The notes below the pieces were generated by a model that saw only the letters and a list, made by a program, of their open reading frames with translations, was not told the DNA's origin and did not search any database. Below, one piece after another: positions 28,372 to 41,006 of a DNA stretch of 56,088 nucleotides (positions are counted from its first letter, which is position 1; each line of letters starts with the position of its first letter). The stretch covers positions 1 through 56,088 of the IMG/VR virus record IMGVR_UViG_3300025387_000004; one strand, written 5' to 3'. The DNA comes from a virus. Lineage: Duplodnaviria > Caudoviricetes. Both the position numbers and the translations under genes were made by a program.

Positions 28372-29736
28372 TTATCCCAACCATCCAAGGCTTTCGCCAA
28401 ATTGCTGCACTTTGCCCATCAGACCGTGTTTCTTCAAAGCACTTGTAACATGCCGATGTTTCGTTGTCTCGCCCCCTTGCGAGGCAATCGCCATATACCG
28501 AAAAGCGTCAGCTGCGTGTGATGACCAGTCATGCACAGGTTCTGACGATAAAACTTCTGTCACAGGGTTTTCTTCATAGTGATAATGGCGAAGAGCATGA
28601 AGAAGTTCTTTTTCACATCTTGCGGCATCAAACCAGCAAGTGGGGAATATGCTCCTTGCAGCGACAATGCCGTCGAATTTAGAAAGACGCGGGACAATTC
28701 TGACCCTAAACCCTGCGTCTCGCATTTGTTCTTCGATGGACTTTTTTGATCCGAGCGTTTTAGCTCTTGCATCGTGGGGCAACCAACACGTCCCGTATTC
28801 ATAAAGTTCTCCTGTGCCCGACCGGCGTGTGCGCAGCACATGAATATAATGGTCAAGGCCTTTTAATCTATTCTGGTAATAATCCACGACCCGTCTTTGC
28901 ATTCCTACATATTGTTCAAAAATGATAGCTGTATGGTCACTCCTACCCAAGTCCCAATACAAATTGACAGCAGAAGAAGCATGATGTGGAACATGCGTGA
29001 TCCGGCCTTCTTCCGCACAATCTCGAAGTTCTTCGGCATAAACCGCCCCTTCCAAAGTCTTTCTGCATTCCCCCTCCCAGACATGCAGATACGCATCGCG
29101 GTCTTTGGATTTCAAATCCAGCATTTCTTGTTTGAGAACCCCCGGAAACCACGGGTTATCTCGCCAAGAAATCTTCTGCACTATCGCATTTTTAGGAGGA
29201 GATAGAACAAAACGCTGGTAAGTATCATCGGACTCAAGCTCAGGGTTAAACGAAACCCATATCTCAGAGCCCTCCTTACGGATCGTCGGTATGAGGACTT
29301 CCCACGAGTTTTTCGTGACCTTATTCGCCTCCTCAACCCAGCATATGTCCACACCTTCATATGACTTAATCTTCGTGACATTGTTGCGAATTCCTTCGAA
29401 AGAAAACTCGCTCCCTGTCGATGGACAAAAAATCCTCGCTTGTTCAATCTGGTAATATGGCAAAAGGCCCAAGGACTCGATTTGGTCTGAAAGGACTTTA
29501 TGCACGGAGTCACGAATGGAGTTCTGCAACTCACGGGCGCACAATATCCTAAGTTCCTTCTTTGCGGCCAGCACTACAAGCGCCCTCGCCATACCCCATG
29601 ACTTTGAGCCACCTCGACCGCCGTAAAGCACCCGATACCTCACAGGCAGATCATTGACCTTTGGCCAGAACAAGCATTGGAGCTTTTCCGGCCATTCAAC
29701 AACTTTAGCCTGTGAGGTCGTAGGTGTTAGGTCCAT
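28372..29736 (-). CDS. terL: Terminase large subunit (PBSX/Terminase_3 type)
   Basis: YGGRGGSKS Walker A; WVEEA Walker B; SFNP; WDLG; LPHDA; HDWSSHAADAFRY. Confidence 0.95.
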   Translation of the reverse strand: MDLTPTTSQAKVVEWPEKLQCLFWPKVNDLPVRYRVLYGGRGGSKSWGMARALVVLAAKKELRILCARELQNSIRDSVHKVLSDQIESLGLLPYYQIEQARIFCPSTGSEFSFEGIRNNVTKIKSYEGVDICWVEEANKVTKNSWEVLIPTIRKEGSEIWVSFNPELESDDTYQRFVLSPPKNAIVQKISWRDNPWFPGVLKQEMLDLKSKDRDAYLHVWEGECRKTLEGAVYAEELRDCAEEGRITHVPHHASSAVNLYWDLGRSDHTAIIFEQYVGMQRRVVDYYQNRLKGLDHYIHVLRTRRSGTGELYEYGTCWLPHDARAKTLGSKKSIEEQMRDAGFRVRIVPRLSKFDGIVAARSIFPTCWFDAARCEKELLHALRHYHYEENPVTEVLSSEPVHDWSSHAADAFRYMAIASQGGETTKHRHVTSALKKHGLMGKVQQFGESLGWLG

Positions 29737-29763
29737 TCTATATTCAATCCAAAATGGGGCTAA

Positions 29764-29925
29764 CTATTTCTTTTTCTCATACTTTTTCATTGCTGCGCGG
29801 TCCATGGCTTGCTCCTTTTTCGAGCCTTCCTTAATCCCTTTTGCGGCAAGTTTCTTGTCCATCTTTTTGTCCATTGGGGATTTCTCCCACTCTTTCATGG
29901 ACATCTTTTTTGGAGCTTTTGCCAT
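29764..29925 (-). CDS. 53-aa Lys/Met-rich basic protein
   Basis: MAKAPKKMSMKEWEKSPMDKKMD...EGSKKE; TAATG overlap. Confidence 0.7.
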   Translation of the reverse strand: MAKAPKKMSMKEWEKSPMDKKMDKKLAAKGIKEGSKKEQAMDRAAMKKYEKKK

Positions 29926-30182
29926 TACTTACCACCTAACTTTTTAGAAGTCTTCATGCCATACATTGCAGACTCTTTTTTGTCAGCTGCAAGCTGCTTG
30001 TCTTTCGTCGCCATTTCTTTGGCTTCTGATCTTTTGACCGTCTTCATCTCAGCCTTATTCATGCCCGAAGACTTCGTGAGTTTCTTCATGTCATGATGAT
30101 CGCTCATACGATGGCAACCTTCACCACCATGCTGAGATTTGAAATAAGCCGCACCACCTGCACCTGACATTTTTTCCATCAC
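29925..30182 (-). CDS. Lys/Met-rich small protein
   Basis: Overlapping start/stop couplings; RBS AAGGGG. Confidence 0.7.
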   Translation of the reverse strand: MMEKMSGAGGAAYFKSQHGGEGCHRMSDHHDMKKLTKSSGMNKAEMKTVKRSEAKEMATKDKQLAADKKESAMYGMKTSKKLGGK

Positions 30183-30409
30183 AATCCCCTTTTAATAAAC
30201 CTGTCCCAAACCTTAAACCCGATCTGCATGGACAGGTATGTGCAGCCGAGAATTGGAGCGAAAACCGCTGCCACATCCGACACCGGTTGAATAGACTGTA
30301 ACCACAGAGGTGAAGAAATCATGCTTGCCGCCACTAACGCCCCTGCTTTTTCGCTTGGTGTTGAAAAGAGGATGTTCAAAAATTCATGCAAAGAGTCATG
30401 GTGTGTCAT
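30179..30409 (-). CDS. Small membrane protein (holin/antiholin-like)
   Basis: Two hydrophobic segments and a basic C-terminus; end of the lysis cassette. Confidence 0.6.
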   Translation of the reverse strand: MTHHDSLHEFLNILFSTPSEKAGALVAASMISSPLWLQSIQPVSDVAAVFAPILGCTYLSMQIGFKVWDRFIKRGL

Positions 30410-30633
30410 TTTATCCATCCGCATTTCAAGGCCACGCCGACCGCATTGTGTTCCCTAATCTGCGCAATTGTAGGCGCAGTATCATGTTTTGAATAGTAAA
30501 TAGCTCTCGCGGCCTGACAAAAAGTCGCGGTATTAGTCACGTCTAAAGGGGTCGTTGACTGGCAGGCTGTCAGGGCGAGCGGCAACATCAGCCCGAACAG
30601 CCTCCCTCGCAGCAATCGCAATTTGAACATCAT
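30406..30633 (-). CDS. o-spanin (Rz1-like lipoprotein)
   Basis: Lipobox LALTAC; overlaps the 3' end of the i-spanin. Confidence 0.75.
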   Translation of the reverse strand: MMFKLRLLRGRLFGLMLPLALTACQSTTPLDVTNTATFCQAARAIYYSKHDTAPTIAQIREHNAVGVALKCGWIK

Positions 30634-30772
30634 GGATTTGCCCTTTCAAATCATCCAATTGCTGCTGTGCGACCCCTGACTGCACAAGTTGTTGTTCGTG
30701 CAGCCAATTCATAAAACTCACAATCGCAGAGACAATGCCCGAAAGCAGTCCTATGATTGTGGTGATGCTCAT
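30533..30772 (-). CDS. i-spanin (Rz-like)
   Basis: N-terminal TM, coiled coil, DPFRRD C-terminus. Confidence 0.7.
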   Translation of the reverse strand: MSITTIIGLLSGIVSAIVSFMNWLHEQQLVQSGVAQQQLDDLKGQIHDVQIAIAAREAVRADVAARPDSLPVNDPFRRD

Positions 30773-30981
30773 TTCGCCACGCCCGTCGTGCTACCGTCTT
30801 TAGCAGCAATCAAACCCAGCGCTGAAAGGATCATGGCGATCTGGGAACCGGAGTCTGAAGGGATCGCAAGACCGGGAATATTGATCCCAGCGTAATGCAA
30901 TCCAACAAGGATCGCCAGCAACACACCAGACGCCGTCGTACGCCAGTTATTTACGAAGTAGTTCTGAATAATCGCGTTCAT
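30769..30981 (-). CDS. Holin
   Basis: NWRTT.SG, two TM segments, LGLIAAKD; RBS AGGAG; downstream of endolysin. Confidence 0.75.
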   Translation of the reverse strand: MNAIIQNYFVNNWRTTASGVLLAILVGLHYAGINIPGLAIPSDSGSQIAMILSALGLIAAKDGSTTGVAK

Positions 30982-30990
30982 TTTGAACTC

Positions 30991-31131
30991 CTAATTGCAG
31001 TCTTTTGGATGTGTCACGCAGTCGAACGCTGCCTTTTCGACCGAGCAACTCGTTAAAAGTGAAGATATGGCACACAATGCAAGGATAAAAAACAGTGTTG
31101 CCATTAGACTTTGCCAAGTGTCTCGTGTCAT
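30991..31131 (-). CDS. Small lipoprotein
   Basis: Hydrophobic leader plus LTSC lipobox; ATGA overlap with endolysin. Confidence 0.55.
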   Translation of the reverse strand: MTRDTWQSLMATLFFILALCAISSLLTSCSVEKAAFDCVTHPKDCN

Positions 31132-31625
31132 GACACCCTCGCAGCTTGAAAGTGCATTCCGTCCTTTGATCTTCCCGCCCAATCGCCGCCCCAAACCCAG
31201 CCTTCATCTTTGAAAGCCTTCACAACTTGCGGGACATGTGCGAAGTGCGGATCTTGGTCGTGGAAACCATTTCGTGGCGCGTCCAGATCAATCGCTGCGC
31301 CGTAAGAGTGCATTGATAGCGCCGATCCGCCTCGCATCACACGGTAATAATATGAACCAGAAAACACCGATACGCCCCAAATATCGATCATTTTCTGGTC
31401 ATGACCGGAAGCATCCCAGATCGCCTTGAAAACCCGACCCAAGCTATCGGCACACTTTTTGTTCATGCTTACAGCCGTGACAGGTCGGCCTAAAAACTGC
31501 ATCTTAAAAGGAACAGGAACTTTGACTAAGTTCGCCTTTTCCCATGCAGCCGAAGCTCGTCCGTTTCGCCCTCTTGGGTTTCCGTAAAACGTGTCACATT
31601 GAGATTGTAACGGCCACATCATCAT
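31128..31625 (-). CDS. Endolysin, M15-family Zn peptidase
   Basis: SMHSYGAAIDL; WGGDW...D.MHFQ. Confidence 0.88.
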   Translation of the reverse strand: MMMWPLQSQCDTFYGNPRGRNGRASAAWEKANLVKVPVPFKMQFLGRPVTAVSMNKKCADSLGRVFKAIWDASGHDQKMIDIWGVSVFSGSYYYRVMRGGSALSMHSYGAAIDLDAPRNGFHDQDPHFAHVPQVVKAFKDEGWVWGGDWAGRSKDGMHFQAARVS

Positions 31626-31637
31626 ACCCTTTCCATT

Positions 31638-33533
31638 TTACGGACTTGGAGAAATGATATTTTTCTGACACTGAGCTAAATACGTTCCGCTCGGTAAATT
31701 TACAGTTGAGCCTGTGGTGTTTGTGGCGACAACTGTTACAATATCTGTTGCACTAACATACCCATTAAAAATAATCCCAGATTGATTTCCTGAATAAGAT
31801 ATGCTTACAAGATCGCCAATTGTTGCGCTGCGAACAGAAAAACTGAATGTAATGGATGAATTTGCTGCTACTGAAATTGGCCCAGTTGTAGTTCCATAAA
31901 AAGTCATTCCTGTATAATTGATTAAATTTGAAGTGAAGCTAACTGGCCCAAGAGCATTGCCATCAAGATTGTTATTAGAAACGAATATTGCATTAGAAAA
32001 TATTCCGGCACCCGCGTCGGCTATACCGTATTTTTGTGTTCCAAATGTAGCGTTAGTATTAAAACAGCAGTTATTTGAAATGATACTGCTGCCAGCATTA
32101 TAAGTTGCATCAATTGACCTAATAGTAATTGCAGGAGAGTTCCATACGGGATTTACATTAACATACTGATTGTTGTCGTAACATTCATTGCTTATAACAA
32201 TACAATTTTGACCGCATATTTGAATACCAGTGTCTGCACAGTTATAAACAACATTGTTGGATATAATAGAATTTCTGCAATATAATTCCATGCCACTTTG
32301 CACAGTGAAATCACTATCCATTGTAGTATAATCAGAATGAATAACATTATTAGCAATAACATGCCCCACCGATTCTGGAACATTTTGCAGAACAATACCA
32401 CCTCCATATTTATAACTATAAATATGATTATTAGTTATAATATGTTTGCCTCCATTTAAGTTCATACCAGCGCCGCTGATTTCATTATTATGAATAATGC
32501 AATTATCTCCGGCAGTAACATTAATAGCTTGATTTAATGTTTGAATAGGAGTGCCCTGTATATAGCAATCTTCTACTACACCATAACTGCCAGATCCTAA
32601 TGCAATCGCTATATATCTATTATTCAAAAGCCTGCAATTTCTTACTGTATTTCTTGGCTGATCAGCAAATCCAATAATAGAGTAAGGAAAAACAGAGGCT
32701 GGACCGGGATCAAATCCTAAATTTTCAATAAAACCTCCAGCGCCAAAATCATAATGGATCATTTCTCCGGTAAATGTTGATCCAGATTTTGCTTGTATCA
32801 CACAAGTAAGAGGATCTTCTCCAATAAAATTCCGACTTACATTACAATATATATAATTTGAAATTAAATATGTTCCCGAAGGAAAATATATAGTTCCTCC
32901 AACGGGAGTTGCAAAAACACATGCTTGGATTGCCGCTAAATCATCCGTTACACCATCACCCTTCGCACCATAATCTTTAACATTATAGGCATCAGCAAAT
33001 CTATTTGCTAAAGATCGTGCAGTTGTAGATCCAGTAGCAGTTGCAGTAATATTACTCATTGGAATAAATTGCGCTGGACCTGTAGTTCCAGTTATTGGTT
33101 GACCAAGCACATCTCCCGGAGGAACATTGTTAATAAATGCTCCGGGAGAAAGGTTCAAAAGTTGCCATTGATTTGTCGCAACCGCTGTAAATAATCCAGC
33201 TATATTTTTAGGTAAAAGAGCGCCTACAACTCCAGCAATACCATTTATAGTTGAACCGCCATCAGCAAAAATTCGTGCGTCATTCACGCCATTGTTTACA
33301 ACAATAAAAATTTTACCCGGAAGTGCTTGTGGAAGTGTCAATCCCGCACCAGCTGCCGCAACGGTAGCAACATTCGTAACCGCAAAAGTTATTTTTGTTG
33401 AAGTATTTAAGGTTCCCCCAACAGTCGCGGAAACAGGATCAGATACTGACCACTGAGGGTTAGCCATTCGGTCATTCAACTGATTTCCGTCCGTCAGGCG
33501 ATAACCGGGGGCAAATGGATCTGGTGTCGTCAT
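31638..33533 (-). CDS. Right-handed beta-helix (pectate-lyase-like) spike protein
   Basis: RSL..RFAD..NVKDYGAKGDGVTDD.AAIQ...IYFPSGTY; Asn/Ile-rich beta-helix repeats; AT-rich. Confidence 0.85.
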   Translation of the reverse strand: MTTPDPFAPGYRLTDGNQLNDRMANPQWSVSDPVSATVGGTLNTSTKITFAVTNVATVAAAGAGLTLPQALPGKIFIVVNNGVNDARIFADGGSTINGIAGVVGALLPKNIAGLFTAVATNQWQLLNLSPGAFINNVPPGDVLGQPITGTTGPAQFIPMSNITATATGSTTARSLANRFADAYNVKDYGAKGDGVTDDLAAIQACVFATPVGGTIYFPSGTYLISNYIYCNVSRNFIGEDPLTCVIQAKSGSTFTGEMIHYDFGAGGFIENLGFDPGPASVFPYSIIGFADQPRNTVRNCRLLNNRYIAIALGSGSYGVVEDCYIQGTPIQTLNQAINVTAGDNCIIHNNEISGAGMNLNGGKHIITNNHIYSYKYGGGIVLQNVPESVGHVIANNVIHSDYTTMDSDFTVQSGMELYCRNSIISNNVVYNCADTGIQICGQNCIVISNECYDNNQYVNVNPVWNSPAITIRSIDATYNAGSSIISNNCCFNTNATFGTQKYGIADAGAGIFSNAIFVSNNNLDGNALGPVSFTSNLINYTGMTFYGTTTGPISVAANSSITFSFSVRSATIGDLVSISYSGNQSGIIFNGYVSATDIVTVVATNTTGSTVNLPSGTYLAQCQKNIISPSP

Positions 33534-33589
33534 GTAAACAATCCTCTAAACGTCAAAACCCTATCACAACAGTTTCCATTTTGCACCTG

Positions 33590-35848
33590 TCAAGCTGCTT
33601 CCATCGCTTTAAGGTTCCCTTGCAACCGCCCGTCTTCTGGCGCAAGGGCAATGGCATTTTTAACATGCTTCACAGCTTCTGCATTTAGACCCATGTTAAA
33701 GGCTGCAATACTTGCCAAATCATGCGGAAGCGCCCCCCAGCAAACCGGATCACAAGTGTAAACAGGCTCCCGATATGTAATCGCCAAGGCTCGAAGCGCC
33801 GCCGCATAACAATCTGCCCAGCGTCCCTGCCGATAGAACATGTTCGCCAATTCCACCCAAGGCTCACGGGTTGTCGGAGCTTCTGCACATGCCCGATGGA
33901 AATAACCTTCGGCCTCGACAATTTGCCCTTTCGCTTCATAACATTTTGCCATCACCCGGAAAGCATAGCAGCGTTCATGGTGCCAAACGGAATTCGGAAG
34001 GGCTAAATACCGATTGCACTCGGTAATGCTTTCGTCGTGTCGGCCATGAAAGTGCAGTTCACGGGCATAGTAAAACGCATTTCTTGTGCAATGGGGGTCT
34101 TCCTTAACCGAAAGCGCCAAGAGGTCCAAATACTGCCCGCGAGATTTGTGCGGATCTGCATGATGGGAGACAAGAAGTTTGTCCGTGTGCGCCCAGACCT
34201 CCGGCACTCTCGCATCCGGCATAGGGTATTCATGGCACGGGTGGTGCCAATGGTAGCCATGGCGAGCATGGATCTTTTCATAAAGGAATTGATGCCCTCC
34301 GCCCCAATCATACATATATCGCAAGCGCGTGGTGTTTGGCTCCCAAACTCTCTCAATTTCCTCTCGCCATCCGGGCTCTAAAACCTCATCCAGATCCAGA
34401 CTTACACAAATGTCCACATCCTTCGGAACAAGCGCCAACGCCGCATCTCTTGCATGGTCAAAGCGCCATGGGGTGATACAAATCTCATGCACATCTGCAC
34501 CACAATCCCATGCAGTTTCAACCGTTTCATCTGTGCTTCCGGTATCTGCGATCAGCACTAAATCCGCATCTCGCGCACTTTCGCAGAACCTTTGGACAAA
34601 TTGTTCTTCATTCTTACTAATCGCATACACGCAGATTTTGGGTTTCTTTTTAGGCAGGGGCTCAGCCGGATGTTCCGGCCCAAACCATCTTTCAGCGTAA
34701 TCTGGGCGATTTGCCCTCAACCACCCGACAGCCTCTCCATTTAGTGTGGCGAACTCCTGCCCGACCGTCTGCGAGCCCACATGGTGAATATAGGACTTTG
34801 AAATAAAATGCTTAAAGCCCTTTTTACCCATATCCAGACAAATCACATCATCTGAATACCAATTTAGAGGCGGAAACTGGGCTTCTTGAAAAGCGTCTTT
34901 ATGCAGCCAAGCAAACAACGGAGCCACAATATCTGACTCCCTCGCCTGCAACTCCCAATCCCACTTATTATAATACGGGCTTAAAGTGTTGTGGGCACCA
35001 TTTTGATACCGCACGTTCTGTCTATGCGCTGCGGAGTCCGAATGTGCCGCCACAAATCCAACCTTTCGGCCATGCTCTGTGCGCTGAACTTCCACATCTT
35101 CAAGGAGATTTTTATAAGACCACGGAGTTAAAACAATATCATCATTCGCAACAATCACTTCATCATATTCTTCGAAAACTTTTTGAAGCGCAGCATTATA
35201 GGCTTGCCCGAAAGTCGATTTTTCGCCCTCAAACACAATTAGTTTTGTGTCCGGGACATAGCGATCAACACTTGCTTTCAGCACTGGCACACACTTACCA
35301 TTCACTGTGCAGACCACAATCGGCACAGCCTTTGGCTTGAACCAATACCAAACGTCATTGTTAGTTTGTAGGATCGTCGCACCGACTGACGACGCAAATT
35401 CATTAACCGCTCTATTCACCCCTTCAATCACGTTGTAATCGTGACCAGCAAAAAGGCCCCCATCTTTAATTTTTGGGTAAAAGTTTTGGCAGTCCTTTAG
35501 AACTTGTTCGTAAGTGTGCAGCCCATCGATAAAAATAAAATCACAAGAGGCATCTTCGATTTTGCCCGCAGCTTCATCTGAAAACATTCTGTGATGTGTG
35601 ATTTTCTTTTGAAAATCTGCAGTATTCTGCAGAAATTCCTTATAAGTTCCGCCTTGTGCATTTGAAGTAAGTTCGTGCCCGTTCCAATCCACATAATCTG
35701 GATAAGGATCGATGCCGTGAAGTGTCAGCCCTTCAACATTTTCAAACAAATGTTTTGTGGTATGACCAGCACTTAGCCCAATTTCAATACCCGTAGGCTT
35801 ATTAAATCGTTGCAGTAATTTTGGTAGTCCGGCTCCAGATATAAACAT
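33590..35848 (-). CDS. Multidomain enzyme: SAM-dependent methyltransferase (Methyltransf_24-like) + GT2 + GT2 + TPR
   Basis: IEIG..G, GIDPY, FIFIDGLHTY, GHDY (MTase); AYN...ANDDI, YSDD, HHVGS (GT2); ICVYAISKNEE...DTGSTD...RFD.AR...LDLDE (GT2); C-terminal TPR-like helices. Confidence 0.85.
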   Translation of the reverse strand: MFISGAGLPKLLQRFNKPTGIEIGLSAGHTTKHLFENVEGLTLHGIDPYPDYVDWNGHELTSNAQGGTYKEFLQNTADFQKKITHHRMFSDEAAGKIEDASCDFIFIDGLHTYEQVLKDCQNFYPKIKDGGLFAGHDYNVIEGVNRAVNEFASSVGATILQTNNDVWYWFKPKAVPIVVCTVNGKCVPVLKASVDRYVPDTKLIVFEGEKSTFGQAYNAALQKVFEEYDEVIVANDDIVLTPWSYKNLLEDVEVQRTEHGRKVGFVAAHSDSAAHRQNVRYQNGAHNTLSPYYNKWDWELQARESDIVAPLFAWLHKDAFQEAQFPPLNWYSDDVICLDMGKKGFKHFISKSYIHHVGSQTVGQEFATLNGEAVGWLRANRPDYAERWFGPEHPAEPLPKKKPKICVYAISKNEEQFVQRFCESARDADLVLIADTGSTDETVETAWDCGADVHEICITPWRFDHARDAALALVPKDVDICVSLDLDEVLEPGWREEIERVWEPNTTRLRYMYDWGGGHQFLYEKIHARHGYHWHHPCHEYPMPDARVPEVWAHTDKLLVSHHADPHKSRGQYLDLLALSVKEDPHCTRNAFYYARELHFHGRHDESITECNRYLALPNSVWHHERCYAFRVMAKCYEAKGQIVEAEGYFHRACAEAPTTREPWVELANMFYRQGRWADCYAAALRALAITYREPVYTCDPVCWGALPHDLASIAAFNMGLNAEAVKHVKNAIALAPEDGRLQGNLKAMEAA

Positions 35849-35904
35849 ATGAGTTCCCTCTCCTCATATTAAATTTTCAATTCACCTCAAGTTATGCTTT
35901 CTAT

Positions 35905-36252
35905 TCAATCAACTGGCGTTGCTACAGTGTTCCAAGGAATAGGCATACGCAGCACAGGCGGGTTAATTTGGTCTGCAATTTGTTTATCGAGAGCAGTGTT
36001 CAGCTCACTTACTTTCTCTGCACCCATAGCAGCCTCTAGCCAACCTTCAACTTCAGCTTGCGTTAGTTGAGCGTATGGCGTGAATGGTTCAGCTGGATTA
36101 AACTCGATAGTTTGTGAGCCGTAGACATCAGCGTTGTGTGTGCCGTCAGTTGCTTGACGACGCCAATGCACAGTGAACACAACATCAGTTTCGTTTTCGT
36201 GTTGTGGGTAACATTCGAGCTGAGAGATTACCCACGAATAGGTGTTAGCCAT
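35905..36252 (-). CDS. Fibre-associated protein (putative chaperone or tip partner)
   Basis: Directly downstream of the fibre gene; DVV..VHW...FTPY..LT...V.GW pattern. Confidence 0.7.
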   Translation of the reverse strand: MANTYSWVISQLECYPQHENETDVVFTVHWRRQATDGTHNADVYGSQTIEFNPAEPFTPYAQLTQAEVEGWLEAAMGAEKVSELNTALDKQIADQINPPVLRMPIPWNTVATPVD

Positions 36253-36261
36253 TGTTGTTTC

Positions 36262-39387
<3,126 letters not shown>

Positions 39388-39388
39388 T

Positions 39389-39676
39389 TTAGCTCCGTGT
39401 CACGGAAATCAGATTGTTCGATCCATCATACGCGAGGGTCAAAGTCGCTTGCAGCGTTCCACCCGAACCATTCAAATAATATCTCACAGTTGTAAGATTT
39501 GAGCCAGTATAACTCAAAGACAAGTAATCATATTCAACTGGCGCAAGCGGCGTGAGTGCGACAAGCCCCGGCGCGAACTGCGTAGTGGACGTTGGTGTCG
39601 CTACTGGCCCGACTTGAACAAGCGGCCTCGGCTGACCTTGATAAATCGGGACAAGAGTTGCATTTGGATTAGACAT
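39389..39676 (-). CDS. Hypothetical fibre-module protein
   Basis: [14 protein letters not shown]...[15 protein letters not shown]; abuts the fibre gene. Confidence 0.75.
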   Translation of the reverse strand: MSNPNATLVPIYQGQPRPLVQVGPVATPTSTTQFAPGLVALTPLAPVEYDYLSLSYTGSNLTTVRYYLNGSGGTLQATLTLAYDGSNNLISVTRS

Positions 39677-39692
39677 CTTAAAACACCCTACA

Positions 39693-40088
39693 TTAGTATT
39701 CCAAAGTGCCTATCACAGCCGTGCTGCTTGCAGTAGCACAATACAACGCCGCAGTTAATTTTGTCACGTCCAAAGTCGTTCCGGTCGGCAACGGAAAACC
39801 TGTCGTGCTACTTACACCATTCGCTCCAAGATAAACAGTCGCGCCGCTGGTGTTGGAAATGAAACGTCTTGACTTCGAGGTTGTCAGGCTTTCAAGAGCC
39901 TGCACCGTTCCCGCAGTTGTGCAGGTGATTTGTGTAGAGGTAACAATCGTGCCCGCGAAGGCTTCACAATAACTTGCATTATTCGGATCACATATGGCCA
40001 CATCACTTTGAATGCTGCCATTTGGCGCTGCGAAAGCCCCGGAAAAAGTTGCCAGCAAGAACGCTAAACTTTGCCAAAACTTTTTCAC
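39693..40088 (-). CDS. Hypothetical beta-rich protein with Sec-type signal peptide
   Basis: GTG start with RBS GGAGAG; MKKFWQSLAFLLATFSGAFA|A. Confidence 0.75.
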   Translation of the reverse strand: MKKFWQSLAFLLATFSGAFAAPNGSIQSDVAICDPNNASYCEAFAGTIVTSTQITCTTAGTVQALESLTTSKSRRFISNTSGATVYLGANGVSSTTGFPLPTGTTLDVTKLTAALYCATASSTAVIGTLEY

Positions 40089-40114
40089 AGTTCTCTCCAA
40101 AATTTCCAGCAAGG

Positions 40115-40137
40115 TGAAGGGGGCTAGGCCCCCTTCA
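40115..40137. terminator. Perfect 10-bp hairpin between late genes
   Basis: TGAAGGGGGC-TAG-GCCCCCTTCA. Confidence 0.55.
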
Positions 40138-40148
40138 TTTCGCAGAAC

Positions 40149-40649
40149 TTAGTTATAAACCCACGCAAACGTGGACTGATCTGTCGAGCCACACAGAACA
40201 ACACGGGTAACTGTGCCGGTCGAAGAACCAACTGCCGTGCCGGTAGCACCTGCAGCTGCAAGCGTCAGGCTGTAAGCAACACCATTCGTGATCGTAGAAC
40301 GAGCGCCGTTAAGTGCTGACGTGCAGGAAGGCAACGTCGCAATCGTAACAGGCGTTGACAACACATACGTCGAAACGCTTGAACCAGAAAGCACATACGC
40401 ACGAAGCTGTGAGGTCTGGATAAGTTCGGTCTGTGGCTGAATGCTGCCAACCGTCAGACCAGAATAACTCTGCGTCAAATTCGTATCAGCTGGGATCGTT
40501 TCATTACCCGTCAGCGGCAGGGTCGTAGCATTACCCGTGATTGGGCTCGAGGTAGCAAGCGGATAGCCAGGAAACTGGCCAGCAGCAAAAGCAGCCGTTG
40601 CGCCGAAAAGCGCAAGCAAACTGCCATAAAGAGCAACTTTCTTCATCAT
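40149..40649 (-). CDS. Hypothetical Thr-rich protein with Sec-type signal peptide
   Basis: MKKVALYGSLLALFGATAAFA|A; LTGNETIPADT; TIATLP.C...GAR motif. Confidence 0.78.
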   Translation of the reverse strand: MMKKVALYGSLLALFGATAAFAAGQFPGYPLATSSPITGNATTLPLTGNETIPADTNLTQSYSGLTVGSIQPQTELIQTSQLRAYVLSGSSVSTYVLSTPVTIATLPSCTSALNGARSTITNGVAYSLTLAAAGATGTAVGSSTGTVTRVVLCGSTDQSTFAWVYN

Positions 40650-40915
40650 TTGCCTCTTATGTGCGAGATCGCATTGCGCAAACCGTCACCTTGCGCGGGA
40701 GTTCCAACATTCTGTGTGACGCCAGATTGGTAATCGGGATTTTCCGAAGGAATACGGTCTTCTGCTTCATAAACCGCATTACCCTTCCGAGCAACCTTCG
40801 AAATCATCCCATCTTCACTCATTTCATATCCGAAAGAGTGGTGAATTGTGCCCGCTCTTGATCCGCGCACTGGCCGTGCTGCCAAAATCTTCGCGCTATC
40901 ATTACCTTTTGCCAT
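40646..40915 (-). CDS. Hypothetical protein
   Basis: ATG 40915 preceded by GAGG; ATGA overlap with the next gene. Confidence 0.65.
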   Translation of the reverse strand: MAKGNDSAKILAARPVRGSRAGTIHHSFGYEMSEDGMISKVARKGNAVYEAEDRIPSENPDYQSGVTQNVGTPAQGDGLRNAISHIRGK

Positions 40916-41006
40916 GGGCCTCGCCCCTTTCGCATTCAGCGCACAATATTCAACATTTTCGACCATTTAGTCAACCCTACGGGGCCAAAAACATCCAGAA
41001 TTCCGC

